A stretch of 53,096 bases of DNA, from the IMG/VR virus record IMGVR_UViG_3300006428_000052, positions 1 to 53,096 of that record; one strand, given 5' to 3'. The notes below the pieces were generated by a model that saw nothing but the letters and a program-made list of their open reading frames with translations, was not told where the DNA came from and ran no database searches. This stretch comes from a virus. Its lineage: Duplodnaviria > Caudoviricetes. The first letter of the stretch is position 1. Every line of letters begins with the position of its first letter. Positions 37,625 through 45,901 of the stretch are shown one piece after another. The position numbers and the translations under genes were made by a program.

Positions 37625-38005
37625 TCAGCGCCGCCGCCCGTTGAAATCCTGCTGTTTTTCTGCAAGGATTTCACGCAAAGTCTTTCGGCTGTGGCATGAA
37701 TGGCACAGGCTCTGGTGATTCTCTGGGTTAACGAACAGCGCCCAGTCGCCTTTGAACGGCTGCTTATGGTCCACTTCCGTGGCTCTAGTTCGGATTCCAC
37801 GCTTTGCGCACTCTTGGCAGAAGGGCTCTCTCAGGAGTTGCGCTGGACGCAGATCGTCCTTCCAGATCGGCAGATTGTACCAGTTATGCCAGGATGCACT
37901 CTCGGACCCTCGCTCACGCTTTGGACGATGAGCCAGACACCAACCATCCCCGGTCAACTCCCCGCACCCTGGATGCTTACACGGCCGCAGCGGCTTCATC
38001 GGCAT
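37625..38005 (-). CDS. Terminase-associated HNH endonuclease
   Basis: MPMKPLRPC, EPFCQEC, EVDH, NHQSLCHSCHSRKT; GGAGG RBS. Confidence 0.92.
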   Translation of the reverse strand: MPMKPLRPCKHPGCGELTGDGWCLAHRPKRERGSESASWHNWYNLPIWKDDLRPAQLLREPFCQECAKRGIRTRATEVDHKQPFKGDWALFVNPENHQSLCHSCHSRKTLREILAEKQQDFNGRRR

Positions 38006-38021
38006 CAGATCACCTCCAGGC

Positions 38022-38093
38022 AAAACAAAAAGAGCCCAAACCGACATCCCCGCATTCGCGGTTCAGTGGCTCAGGCTCAAAGGCTCAGGCTCA
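38022..38093 (-). terminator. Late-leader terminator preceded by four TGAGCC repeats
   Basis: GAGCC..TGAACCG / CGGTTTG GGCTC TTTTTGTTTT. Confidence 0.65.
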
Positions 38094-38257
38094 GCGATAT
38101 TCAAAAGGCCGTTCCAGCCGCACAGTTTGCAGTGGACTGGAAGGTTTCGGGCTGTAGTTGCTGCTGTAATCGGGATCAATTTCTTTTTCCCGCAGGCTGG
38201 GCATGTAATCCATCCAGCTCTTGCAATGATTGTAACACTTTCGGGAACTTTTTGCAA
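38063..38257 (-). CDS. Cys-rich KTR-like Zn-ribbon protein
   Basis: GWITCPACG..TTARNLPVHCKLC. Confidence 0.75.
   Translation of the reverse strand: MQKVPESVTIIARAGWITCPACGKKKLIPITAATTARNLPVHCKLCGWNGLLNIAEPEPLSLSH
38229..38257 (-). promoter_or_regulatory. Candidate late promoter inside the Zn-ribbon gene
   Basis: TTGCAA-17bp-TACAAT. Confidence 0.55.
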
Positions 38258-38330
38258 TGAATTTCACCGCCTTTTTGACTTTATTTCAGAAGATATACAT
38301 GGTTCCAAGATTGAAAAAGACAAAGCCGTT

Positions 38331-39098
38331 TTAAATTCGATCCGTCTTCCTGAACGGGCGCTGTCGATGGTATTCGCTCGGCCAATCCTGCGGCTGATCA
38401 GGGAGCAGATACTTTAAATAACTGAACTCTCCGAAGGTGTTCTGCACGCTTTCACGGAGAATGACGACTGCTCCGGGCGGAACTGTCAGCGTAAAGTTGT
38501 CCGGAACCCAGCCTTTATCCGGCTTCGGATGCTTGAGTCCTTTTGATGGTGTCCAGGTCCGCTCCCCGAGTACCCACTTGCCTCCGTCCCGCGGTTCTTT
38601 TGTAAGATACTGCGCAAGTTTGGTATATCCAACAGCGCCCACAGAATTAAATCGGACGTTACCGTATGGCCACAGACGCCGAATCGCAGCAAGATCATCG
38701 TTCGTACCATTGACAACGATATGATGATGGATGCGTTTGTCTCCGTGATTTCCCTCCGTTACATATATGTAAATAAGGGCTTCACCCGTTGCACTTTTCC
38801 GCTCCTCCCGTAAAGTGCGAATAAACCTTTTGAGAATCTTAACTGCATCAGCCCTGGTTTCTGGAAGAAACTCATCCTTATATGTCAGAGTAACATGCAT
38901 ATCCACATAGCTGAAATTCGCCGCCAGAACCTGCTCTAACTTTTGCCATGACAATCTGAGATTCATGACTTCCCGGGCCTGTGATGAAATATTTGTCTTT
39001 GCAGATCGCTCCTGCTCTGTGTCTCTATCCTTGCTGACCGTATATACAACTCCGGTAACCAACCGGCCGGCTGTCCGGATATTTTTACGCTTTGCCAA
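38331..39098 (-). CDS. HUH-superfamily Rep-like protein
   Basis: HVTLTY, HHHIVV, YLTKE; TTG start after AGGAGG. Confidence 0.75.
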   Translation of the reverse strand: MAKRKNIRTAGRLVTGVVYTVSKDRDTEQERSAKTNISSQAREVMNLRLSWQKLEQVLAANFSYVDMHVTLTYKDEFLPETRADAVKILKRFIRTLREERKSATGEALIYIYVTEGNHGDKRIHHHIVVNGTNDDLAAIRRLWPYGNVRFNSVGAVGYTKLAQYLTKEPRDGGKWVLGERTWTPSKGLKHPKPDKGWVPDNFTLTVPPGAVVILRESVQNTFGEFSYLKYLLPDQPQDWPSEYHRQRPFRKTDRI

Positions 39099-39157
39099 AA
39101 TACTCCTCCTAAACGACGTAAAGCGGAGCCGCAGCTCCGCCAACGTCTTTTTAATTT

Positions 39158-39388
39158 TCAGTCTTCTTTCCATTCCGAGAGCGATTTATATGCGGCAATC
39201 ATCCCCGCAAGGTCACCCTCCATCATTGCCTTTTGAACTGCGTAAATATCCTGCTGCATCAACGCCGCCGCAAACTGTCCATTGGGCACGCTCCGGTATA
39301 GGGCAATAATACCTTGCACACGGGCAATCTCTTTAGGTAAAGCCTCTCCTAAAGTTTGGGTTTCTCCGTGCTTCAATTCATCACTCAT
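39158..39388 (-). CDS. Hypothetical phage protein
   Basis: 76 aa; RBS and overlap with upstream ORF. Confidence 0.75.
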   Translation of the reverse strand: MSDELKHGETQTLGEALPKEIARVQGIIALYRSVPNGQFAAALMQQDIYAVQKAMMEGDLAGMIAAYKSLSEWKED

Positions 39389-39519
39389 TTGTGGGCCTCC
39401 TTCATTGCTTTTTCAAGCCATTTGCACTGTTTGCATCTTACAGCAGTTGTGCCCTTGCGTGTCGGTTTACCGAGGCACACGTTGCGAACATAAGGCTTAT
39501 AGCATTTCGGCTTACTCAT
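39385..39519 (-). CDS. 44-aa Cys-containing protein (absent from ORF track)
   Basis: MSKPKCYKPYVRNVCLGK..CKQCKWLEKAMKEAHK*; GGAGG RBS; overlaps both neighbours. Confidence 0.55.
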   Translation of the reverse strand: MSKPKCYKPYVRNVCLGKPTRKGTTAVRCKQCKWLEKAMKEAHK

Positions 39520-39727
39520 CCTGTCCGCCCTCCCCGGCCTGCGCGGCCTTTTTCAGTGGGCACCAATCTGGCGCGGCCACCAGAACACTAACATAATTTC
39601 CGCTTTCGTCTTCCGGGACACAAGGCTTCATTTTCTGCAAACGGCAGCGGTATGTGTTGTCTTCAATAGATTTTACATACCTGATCTGACAGTAATTGCA
39701 GCTTTCGCATGCCACATCAGTCCTCAT
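39512..39727 (-). CDS. Cys-rich hypothetical protein
   Basis: MRTDVACESCNYC..PDWCPL. Confidence 0.7.
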   Translation of the reverse strand: MRTDVACESCNYCQIRYVKSIEDNTYRCRLQKMKPCVPEDESGNYVSVLVAAPDWCPLKKAAQAGEGGQDE

Positions 39728-40089
39728 TACGCCTCTCCTTTCCCGGCCTCCTGCGGGCCGCGCCACTCAAAGTTTTTGCGGCTTCGGTTTTCCTGTATGC
39801 ACCCTTTGCATGGCTTATATCGCATATCTGGTGTGTTCCTATGCTTGCAAAATGTACACGTGCCGAGTAATTTACATTTTGCCATTGTCGTAATATCCTC
39901 CACCGCCGCCCGCTCTCTGCGCTGGCTCTCGGAAAGCCGGGCTTGCAGGCTCTCAATCAGGGTGGCGGCAGTGGTGCAAATACCAACTACGGCTGTATTG
40001 GTATTCCGCCCATGTAATGCAAACCATTCCGCGACATTCAATAACTCCGCGGTGATCTGCTCTGCTGTCGGCTCAAAATCGCTTTTCAA
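39727..40089 (-). CDS. Hypothetical phage protein
   Basis: 120 aa; CTFC..CKGC..FEWRG. Confidence 0.7.
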   Translation of the reverse strand: MKSDFEPTAEQITAELLNVAEWFALHGRNTNTAVVGICTTAATLIESLQARLSESQRRERAAVEDITTMAKCKLLGTCTFCKHRNTPDMRYKPCKGCIQENRSRKNFEWRGPQEAGKGEA

Positions 40090-40367
40090 TGTTTTGCCCT
40101 CCCGATCAGTATAAATTTGCTGCGAGCGACTGCCGCCTTTTTGTCTGTATACCGCCGTACTGCATCAACGTGCTTCTGTGCCTCTATGTACCCCGAGCAA
40201 TCTGATCGCCAAAAGCTGCGTTTGCTGTGGTCTCCACCGTACATATAACAATCATCACAGTCAAAGCAAAGATCATCCACACGCTGAATCTCACCTGGCG
40301 TAAAGTATTCCAATCCTATCTCTGCATTCCGGGCACAAAAGTTACATTTACATCCGTAGCAGCTCAA
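40086..40367 (-). CDS. Cys-rich hypothetical protein
   Basis: CYGCKCNFCARN..CFDCDDC. Confidence 0.7.
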   Translation of the reverse strand: MSCYGCKCNFCARNAEIGLEYFTPGEIQRVDDLCFDCDDCYMYGGDHSKRSFWRSDCSGYIEAQKHVDAVRRYTDKKAAVARSKFILIGRAKH

Positions 40368-40768
40368 AATGGTAACTCGCCGCTCTCATCCGTGATTTCC
40401 TGGAACCCCGGCTCAGTATTCCCTTTTCCGGTGTCCGAATCGGACACCTTTTTACTGTCGCCAAAGTATACGTTATCAGCAACAACTTCGGCGGTGCGCC
40501 GTTTTCCGCCCTCGCGGTCGGTCCAGTCACGGATCTGCAGCCGGCCCTCGACCACGGCCATACGGCCCTTGGAAAAGTACTTGCTGACAAATTCAGCGGT
40601 GGCACGCCAGGCAACGATATCGATAAAATCGGTCTCGCGCTCCCCACTTGGGTCTTTAAAGTCCCGATCCACCGCCAGAGTGAAGGACGTCACAGAGAGG
40701 CTGCTTTGCGTTTTCCGCAGCTCTGGGTCACGGGTCAGGCGTCCCATTAAGACAATTCTGTTTAGCAT
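40364..40768 (-). CDS. ssb: Single-stranded DNA-binding protein
   Basis: MLNRIVLMGRLTRDPELR, VEGRLQ, ELPF tail. Confidence 0.97.
   Translation of the reverse strand: MLNRIVLMGRLTRDPELRKTQSSLSVTSFTLAVDRDFKDPSGERETDFIDIVAWRATAEFVSKYFSKGRMAVVEGRLQIRDWTDREGGKRRTAEVVADNVYFGDSKKVSDSDTGKGNTEPGFQEITDESGELPF
40431..40447. repeat. Dispersed 17-bp palindrome, copy 4 (in the ssb linker, encodes VSDSDT)
   Basis: GTGTCCGAATCGGACAC. Confidence 0.95.
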
Positions 40769-40977
40769 TACCGTCCTCCTGTCTTATAGGTGCGTTTATA
40801 GCGATTGGTCTTATACCCGATAATTACACATTGCTTTTCATTCCGCTTGTGCGCTGCGTCTTCGGCTATTTGCTTCCGCATCAGATATTCGGACCAGTCC
40901 GGGCAAGTTTTTGGATTATGGCAGCCGATCCGCCGCCGCGGGCAGGAAGGAGAACATGGGTTCGGGATATTAACCAT
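40768..40977 (-). CDS. Small Cys/His protein
   Basis: PCSPSCPRRRIGCH..CPDW. Confidence 0.65.
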   Translation of the reverse strand: MVNIPNPCSPSCPRRRIGCHNPKTCPDWSEYLMRKQIAEDAAHKRNEKQCVIIGYKTNRYKRTYKTGGR

Positions 40978-41176
40978 CCTGCAGCCCCCAAAACTCATCG
41001 CTCGCCTGCTGCACAACATCATCGGGAGACTCAGGATTCTGGATTGTAGCGATCAAATCTTCGACTTTTTTGAGTTTACACAACGCTGCATACGCCCGGG
41101 GAGGAAGTTCCGACAAGTCAACCCCCTTAATCCCCCAACTTCCGTCCGGATTGCTCCATGTAATTCTCTTGCCCAT
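40970..41176 (-). CDS. Hypothetical phage protein
   Basis: 68 aa; GAGG RBS. Confidence 0.7.
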   Translation of the reverse strand: MGKRITWSNPDGSWGIKGVDLSELPPRAYAALCKLKKVEDLIATIQNPESPDDVVQQASDEFWGLQDG

Positions 41177-41185
41177 GGTAGCACC

Positions 41186-41425
41186 TCAATCCAGCGCAGA
41201 CAGGACGTCCGCAGCAGTGGCGTGGAGGCTGTCTCCGGTGACATTCACCCGCTTGACGTAGCCGGAATCAAAACGGATGATTACAATTTCGTCCTGATGG
41301 AATTTATCCATATCATCGTATAGGTGGTATTCCAACTTCACCACGCCAGGATGGCTGGCCGCGATGCAGCGGCTCAGCTCCCGGTCAACAAAATTCTTCT
41401 TTGCTTCAAATGTCTCCTGGCTCAT
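41186..41425 (-). CDS. Hypothetical phage protein
   Basis: 79 aa; GGAGG RBS; VNVTGDS. Confidence 0.75.
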   Translation of the reverse strand: MSQETFEAKKNFVDRELSRCIAASHPGVVKLEYHLYDDMDKFHQDEIVIIRFDSGYVKRVNVTGDSLHATAADVLSALD

Positions 41426-41441
41426 ATAATCCTCCAGTCAA

Positions 41442-43451
41442 TCAGGCCACTGCCGCGGCCCGCTTCTTTTGCTTTTTTGCCTTATTGACGCATTTGGATA
41501 TCCAAGCATCCACAAATTCTTTGATCGCCGGAGCCTGATCATAGCTCTTGTTATTGAGCGTCCGGCACTGAACGACCTTTTTACTATTGGACAACTCCAG
41601 CGTAAAAAAGGGCTTATCTGGCTCCGCTTTCCGGCGTACAAAGAAAATCGCCGTCTCTCCTTTAGCCATGCGCCCGATGTAGCCGCCCACGCAATGATGC
41701 AGCGCCGCGCCTTCGGCCGACAGTTCCTTCTGTTTTCGTGCCGGCCGGATCATCAGGCCGCCCTGCTCCCAGGCCCACCGCTCCAGCTTTGCAACCTGCG
41801 CGGCAAAGGCCCGTTGATTAGCTTTGTTCTTTGCGAATGTGATCTGTGCCATTGTCCGATTGTGGGCCTCCTGCAGATCTCTCGGAAAGAGCACATCATG
41901 GTCATGCAGATTAAGGTGTAGCTGTTCGCATTCCTGCAAATAGTCCCGATATGTACGCTCAATATGCGTATGGGCGGCTTCCTGCTGCATCCCCAGATAT
42001 TTAATGATTTTCCGGACGGAGGCATACGGCATCGCGGGCTCCATCAATTTAAATTCCAGATCCAGCCTGAGCATTTCCGGGATATCCGCCTCAGGCAGCG
42101 CGCCCTTCAAATGATATTCCCATAGTTGGCTGAGCTTCTGCACATCGGCCATCTTCCACTGCGCAGGCTTCTTTAGCTTGAGCAGGCGCAGCGGAAACTT
42201 GAAGCACTCCTTCAAAGCGCCACGGTTCCACCGAATGGCATTGCGTTCGGACTTATTCAGCCCGGCCACCCGCTGAAACACCAGTCTCCGATACCCGGCC
42301 TTCCAAAGGAATTCCATCACCGGGTACCGTGCCCAGTCCATGGCATAGCGGACCGTGTTGTGATATCCATAGCCGCCGTCTCGATACTGGTCCCAAGACG
42401 TCTGAATGTACCCAGGAATATCGGCATACTGGAGCTTTGTCCCGGCCACCGCTGCCTCAACGGAATCGGCATAGAATTCGTAGCTTCCGTCATATACAGA
42501 CACGCCTTCAAATCGGGTCCAGGCATCCAGGCCATAGCGCCAGGCGCTCATGCAATAATTTTCTTTATACTCATGGAGCCACTTGGCCACCCGGCAACCG
42601 CGAACGGCGTAGCGGCCGAACTCCTCCAACCACGGCGCAATGTTTTCATACTGTGCAGTCGGATCGCGCTTGACATGCCACTGCCGGAAAAATACGGTTT
42701 TACCATCCGTTCCAAGCTGCGCCGCTACAATGTTCTGAACAAAGTCGGCATGATAGCTGTCACCATCGCTCAGGACACAGGAAACGCGCTCACCGCAATT
42801 CGGACATGTTGTAAATTCATTCTGCCGGAACCGTTGGCCTGCTGCGGCCCTGACCTCACGGCCGCAGCAATAGCACACGCCCCTGACATTTCCTTTTTTA
42901 TAAACCAGCGTATGGTCCGTGCCAATGATCTCCCTGCGCACCCACTGTTCCAGCCCGGCCGGAAGGACCTCCGGGCAGAGGTTTACATCCTCAATTCTGA
43001 GCTCGCCCCGGGAATCCTGCTGATCCTGTTTCTCCGCCGCCAACGCCTCGTCAACCCAGTCCGAAAGATGCTCCATATGGTGGTTTGTAGTCTCAGACGT
43101 TCCCAGCCACTTTGCCAGGGCAGCCTCGTCTTTCTCGTCCAGACACGGATAGCAGGTTTTGGGATCAGTCAGCGCCTCCCACATGGCCTTGCGGAGCCGA
43201 TGCCGCTTTCCCTGCCGTTCCTCCTGATAGAGGATCACTGCCCGATGCTGCTTTTTGGAGCAGATCAGCCGGAAATTCCGCGCGGAGTCTTCAGCTCGCC
43301 ATCCTGGACGGTCGCGGTTGACCAGAAATGTGACCACCATAATCCGCTCATGGTCTGCGACCGGCCAACTCAGTAAAACCCGGTAATGCTCACTGCCGCC
43401 ATGGAAGTCTTCGGGCCATGGCATGGACTTGATGCTCTTCGGTATCTGCAC
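41442..43451 (-). CDS. PcfJ-domain protein
   Basis: YRDYL..LFPRDLQEAH..EGAALHHCVGGY..PFFTLE. Confidence 0.9.
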   Translation of the reverse strand: MQIPKSIKSMPWPEDFHGGSEHYRVLLSWPVADHERIMVVTFLVNRDRPGWRAEDSARNFRLICSKKQHRAVILYQEERQGKRHRLRKAMWEALTDPKTCYPCLDEKDEAALAKWLGTSETTNHHMEHLSDWVDEALAAEKQDQQDSRGELRIEDVNLCPEVLPAGLEQWVRREIIGTDHTLVYKKGNVRGVCYCCGREVRAAAGQRFRQNEFTTCPNCGERVSCVLSDGDSYHADFVQNIVAAQLGTDGKTVFFRQWHVKRDPTAQYENIAPWLEEFGRYAVRGCRVAKWLHEYKENYCMSAWRYGLDAWTRFEGVSVYDGSYEFYADSVEAAVAGTKLQYADIPGYIQTSWDQYRDGGYGYHNTVRYAMDWARYPVMEFLWKAGYRRLVFQRVAGLNKSERNAIRWNRGALKECFKFPLRLLKLKKPAQWKMADVQKLSQLWEYHLKGALPEADIPEMLRLDLEFKLMEPAMPYASVRKIIKYLGMQQEAAHTHIERTYRDYLQECEQLHLNLHDHDVLFPRDLQEAHNRTMAQITFAKNKANQRAFAAQVAKLERWAWEQGGLMIRPARKQKELSAEGAALHHCVGGYIGRMAKGETAIFFVRRKAEPDKPFFTLELSNSKKVVQCRTLNNKSYDQAPAIKEFVDAWISKCVNKAKKQKKRAAAVA

Positions 43452-43463
43452 AGCCGCACCTCC

Positions 43464-43838
43464 TCAAAGGAAATCGGTCAGATCCAGCGCCACCCGCTTG
43501 GCCGCTGGAGGAGACACAGGCATATGGGACGAAGCACAAGCCGCCATAATTGTGCGCTCCCGTACATCATCGTCTCGGATGATGCCAAAATAAGCGTCCA
43601 CAGCATCAAAAACAATATCCTGGGTAAGAGCTGCCACGTTATTCACGGCTGCTTTTTTTGCGATGTTCTCAACCGACTGCATGGCACCGTTGAGCGTCTT
43701 CCCTTCGACCATCACCCGGGCGGCAGCGATATCATCAGAGCAGCGGTCAATGAGATAATGCCCAACGATCTCCACATAGGTGTTGGATGCGTTTTTCTGC
43801 ATCTCCGCGTTAATTTTTTCAATCGCCCGATCAATCAT
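43464..43838 (-). CDS. PcfK-like protein
   Basis: AIEKINAEM..KTLNGAM..VFDAVDAYFG; upstream of PcfJ. Confidence 0.7.
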   Translation of the reverse strand: MIDRAIEKINAEMQKNASNTYVEIVGHYLIDRCSDDIAAARVMVEGKTLNGAMQSVENIAKKAAVNNVAALTQDIVFDAVDAYFGIIRDDDVRERTIMAACASSHMPVSPPAAKRVALDLTDFL

Positions 43839-44931
43839 TTTCGCCACCCACTTTCTGCGGCACACTGCCGCTCAGAGTCTTCAGAAGTTCCTGCATGGCG
43901 TCTACCAGCTTGTCGTGCTCCGCAGCGTTTCCGGCGTTGACCATTTTCTGGAGGCAGCCCAGCAGACGGTTAAAATCTTCCTGAATGGAACTGAAGTAGA
44001 TGGAGAATGCCGCCATTTCCTTATTGCCGGACAGCCGCACCTGTTTTTCGAGAGAAGCGACCCGGTCCCTGAGCAGGCCGGCTTCCTTGGCAGCTTCATC
44101 CTGCGCCGCCTTCAAAGATTCCTGCAGGGACAGCAACTTCTCCTGAGCTGCCTTTTTCGTCTCCTCGGCCTTTTTGATCTTCTCCTGCAGCTTCTGCTCG
44201 GCTTCCTTCCGGGCAGCAGAAGCTCCCTCGCTTCGGGCCACAGCCAGCGCTTTTTCATCCGGGACAGCAGCACCCGTGACTTCAATAGGGCGCTTTTTCA
44301 GTTCGGACAAAGACTCGCGCAGTTCTGCTTCACGGTCTGCGGCCGAATCCAGTTCGGATTGAGCAGACGCCAGCCGTTCGTTGGCTACTTTCATATCCTC
44401 GGCCATTTTATCCCGTGCCTGCTCCGCAGCCTGTTTCTCAGCAAGGGCGGACTCCCGGGCCTTGGCGGCCTCGTCACGGTCGCGGATTGCCTGCTCAAGT
44501 TCCCGGGCGGACATGTCGATCACATTTTTATCTTCGCCGTCAACGAGGTGGTTTTGCTCCATGAAAATTTCGCGTTCTTCTGCCGGTAAAGCCAAAAGCG
44601 TCAATGCTTTGGTTGCTCCCAAATCGGACAGCGCTGTCTGATTTGACCACTCCCGCGCAAGCCTCATAAAGCGGGTTGCCGTGCGCTCTGAAAATTCCAC
44701 CTGTTCCGTCAGCCACGGGAGCCATGCACCGTGTGGCAGCATGGATTTTGCCTCAATCAACCGCTGCCCGATGGAGATGATGGCATTACCAGCATCTTCC
44801 TTGAGATGGAGAATCTCTCCGGTAATGTCCTCTATGGAACGCTCTCGCACTTCTCCCTTTTCGCTCTGAGACAATCCAGAAGGCGATGTCTGCAGCGTCT
44901 TTGCAAACTCTCCCATATCAAACTTAGCCAT
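43831..44931 (-). CDS. DUF3102-domain coiled-coil protein
   Basis: IGQRLIEAKSMLPHGAWLPWL..FSERTATRFM; MSARELEQAI; long coiled coil. Confidence 0.85.
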   Translation of the reverse strand: MAKFDMGEFAKTLQTSPSGLSQSEKGEVRERSIEDITGEILHLKEDAGNAIISIGQRLIEAKSMLPHGAWLPWLTEQVEFSERTATRFMRLAREWSNQTALSDLGATKALTLLALPAEEREIFMEQNHLVDGEDKNVIDMSARELEQAIRDRDEAAKARESALAEKQAAEQARDKMAEDMKVANERLASAQSELDSAADREAELRESLSELKKRPIEVTGAAVPDEKALAVARSEGASAARKEAEQKLQEKIKKAEETKKAAQEKLLSLQESLKAAQDEAAKEAGLLRDRVASLEKQVRLSGNKEMAAFSIYFSSIQEDFNRLLGCLQKMVNAGNAAEHDKLVDAMQELLKTLSGSVPQKVGGEND

Positions 44932-45703
44932 GCTGCACCTCCTCACCGACCAGTTCCCGCACCCATGCCCGGTAATCCTGACTAGCAGCGCTTCCGGGGC
45001 TGTAATCCCGGATAGGTGAGCGGTCAAAGGTGCTTTCTGGAATCTTATCCGTCCGGCGGATTACTGTCTTAAAAACCGGGATTTGCAGAGAGCGAAGCAG
45101 ACGCTCCCCCTGAATCACTGAATCCGTCCTATGCCACTGCGTTACCAACACACCGGCAATACGGATTTTTGCATTTGCATCCCGCATGCTGCCGACCTGC
45201 GCGGACATATCCACCATGCCAGCCATTGAAAACCCATCTACCAGCATGGGGATCACAACCTCCTCCGAAGCCATCAGAGCCGCACAACTGGCCGCTGTAA
45301 AGCCCGGTGGGCAGTCAAAAATGAAATAGTCCGTTTCGCCGTCCTCGGCGGCACAGTCTTTGAAATCCCGCAGAGTGCGAAGCGTAAAATTCCCCTGCTT
45401 AATGGAATCCACATCCAAGCGGTAAAGCGCTGTGGATGCCGGAAGAATGTCCAACCCCGGGCTGATCGGCATCAGATTATCCGACCAGACTGGCTCAGAG
45501 CTGCCATCCAAAACATTGGCAATATTCAGGTCCAGTTCCGGGTCGAACTCCGGCAAGTAGAACCGAGTCAAATTCATCTGTCCATCACAGTCAACCAGCA
45601 CAACGTGCTTCTTATAGTCGCTGACAAGAATATCCGCCAGATTGATAGCGGTCACGGTCTTTCCGACGCCGCCTTTGTTATTCATAATTGCAATCGTCCT
45701 CAT
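44924..45703 (-). CDS. parA: ParA/Soj-family ATPase
   Basis: KGGVGKT, DCDGQMN, DCPP. Confidence 0.92.
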   Translation of the reverse strand: MRTIAIMNNKGGVGKTVTAINLADILVSDYKKHVVLVDCDGQMNLTRFYLPEFDPELDLNIANVLDGSSEPVWSDNLMPISPGLDILPASTALYRLDVDSIKQGNFTLRTLRDFKDCAAEDGETDYFIFDCPPGFTAASCAALMASEEVVIPMLVDGFSMAGMVDMSAQVGSMRDANAKIRIAGVLVTQWHRTDSVIQGERLLRSLQIPVFKTVIRRTDKIPESTFDRSPIRDYSPGSAASQDYRAWVRELVGEEVQHG

Positions 45704-45718
45704 ATGTACGTCCTTTCT

Positions 45719-45901
45719 TTAGCCGTTGCCGCGGCGATACCGAACCGGATAGGATTCGCGGAAAGGCATCCCGTTTTCTCCGATTATTTCCACAATGTAA
45801 TACCGGCGTTCTGGGTGAATAAAAACCACTGTACCTTCTGTCTGTCTGGCCTTGACTCCCTCAATGATAGGCGTTACTTGGATTTTGTCTCCTACTTGCA
45901 T
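45719..45901 (-). CDS. Hypothetical phage protein
   Basis: GTVVFIHPERRY..FRES. Confidence 0.7.
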   Translation of the reverse strand: MQVGDKIQVTPIIEGVKARQTEGTVVFIHPERRYYIVEIIGENGMPFRESYPVRYRRGNG

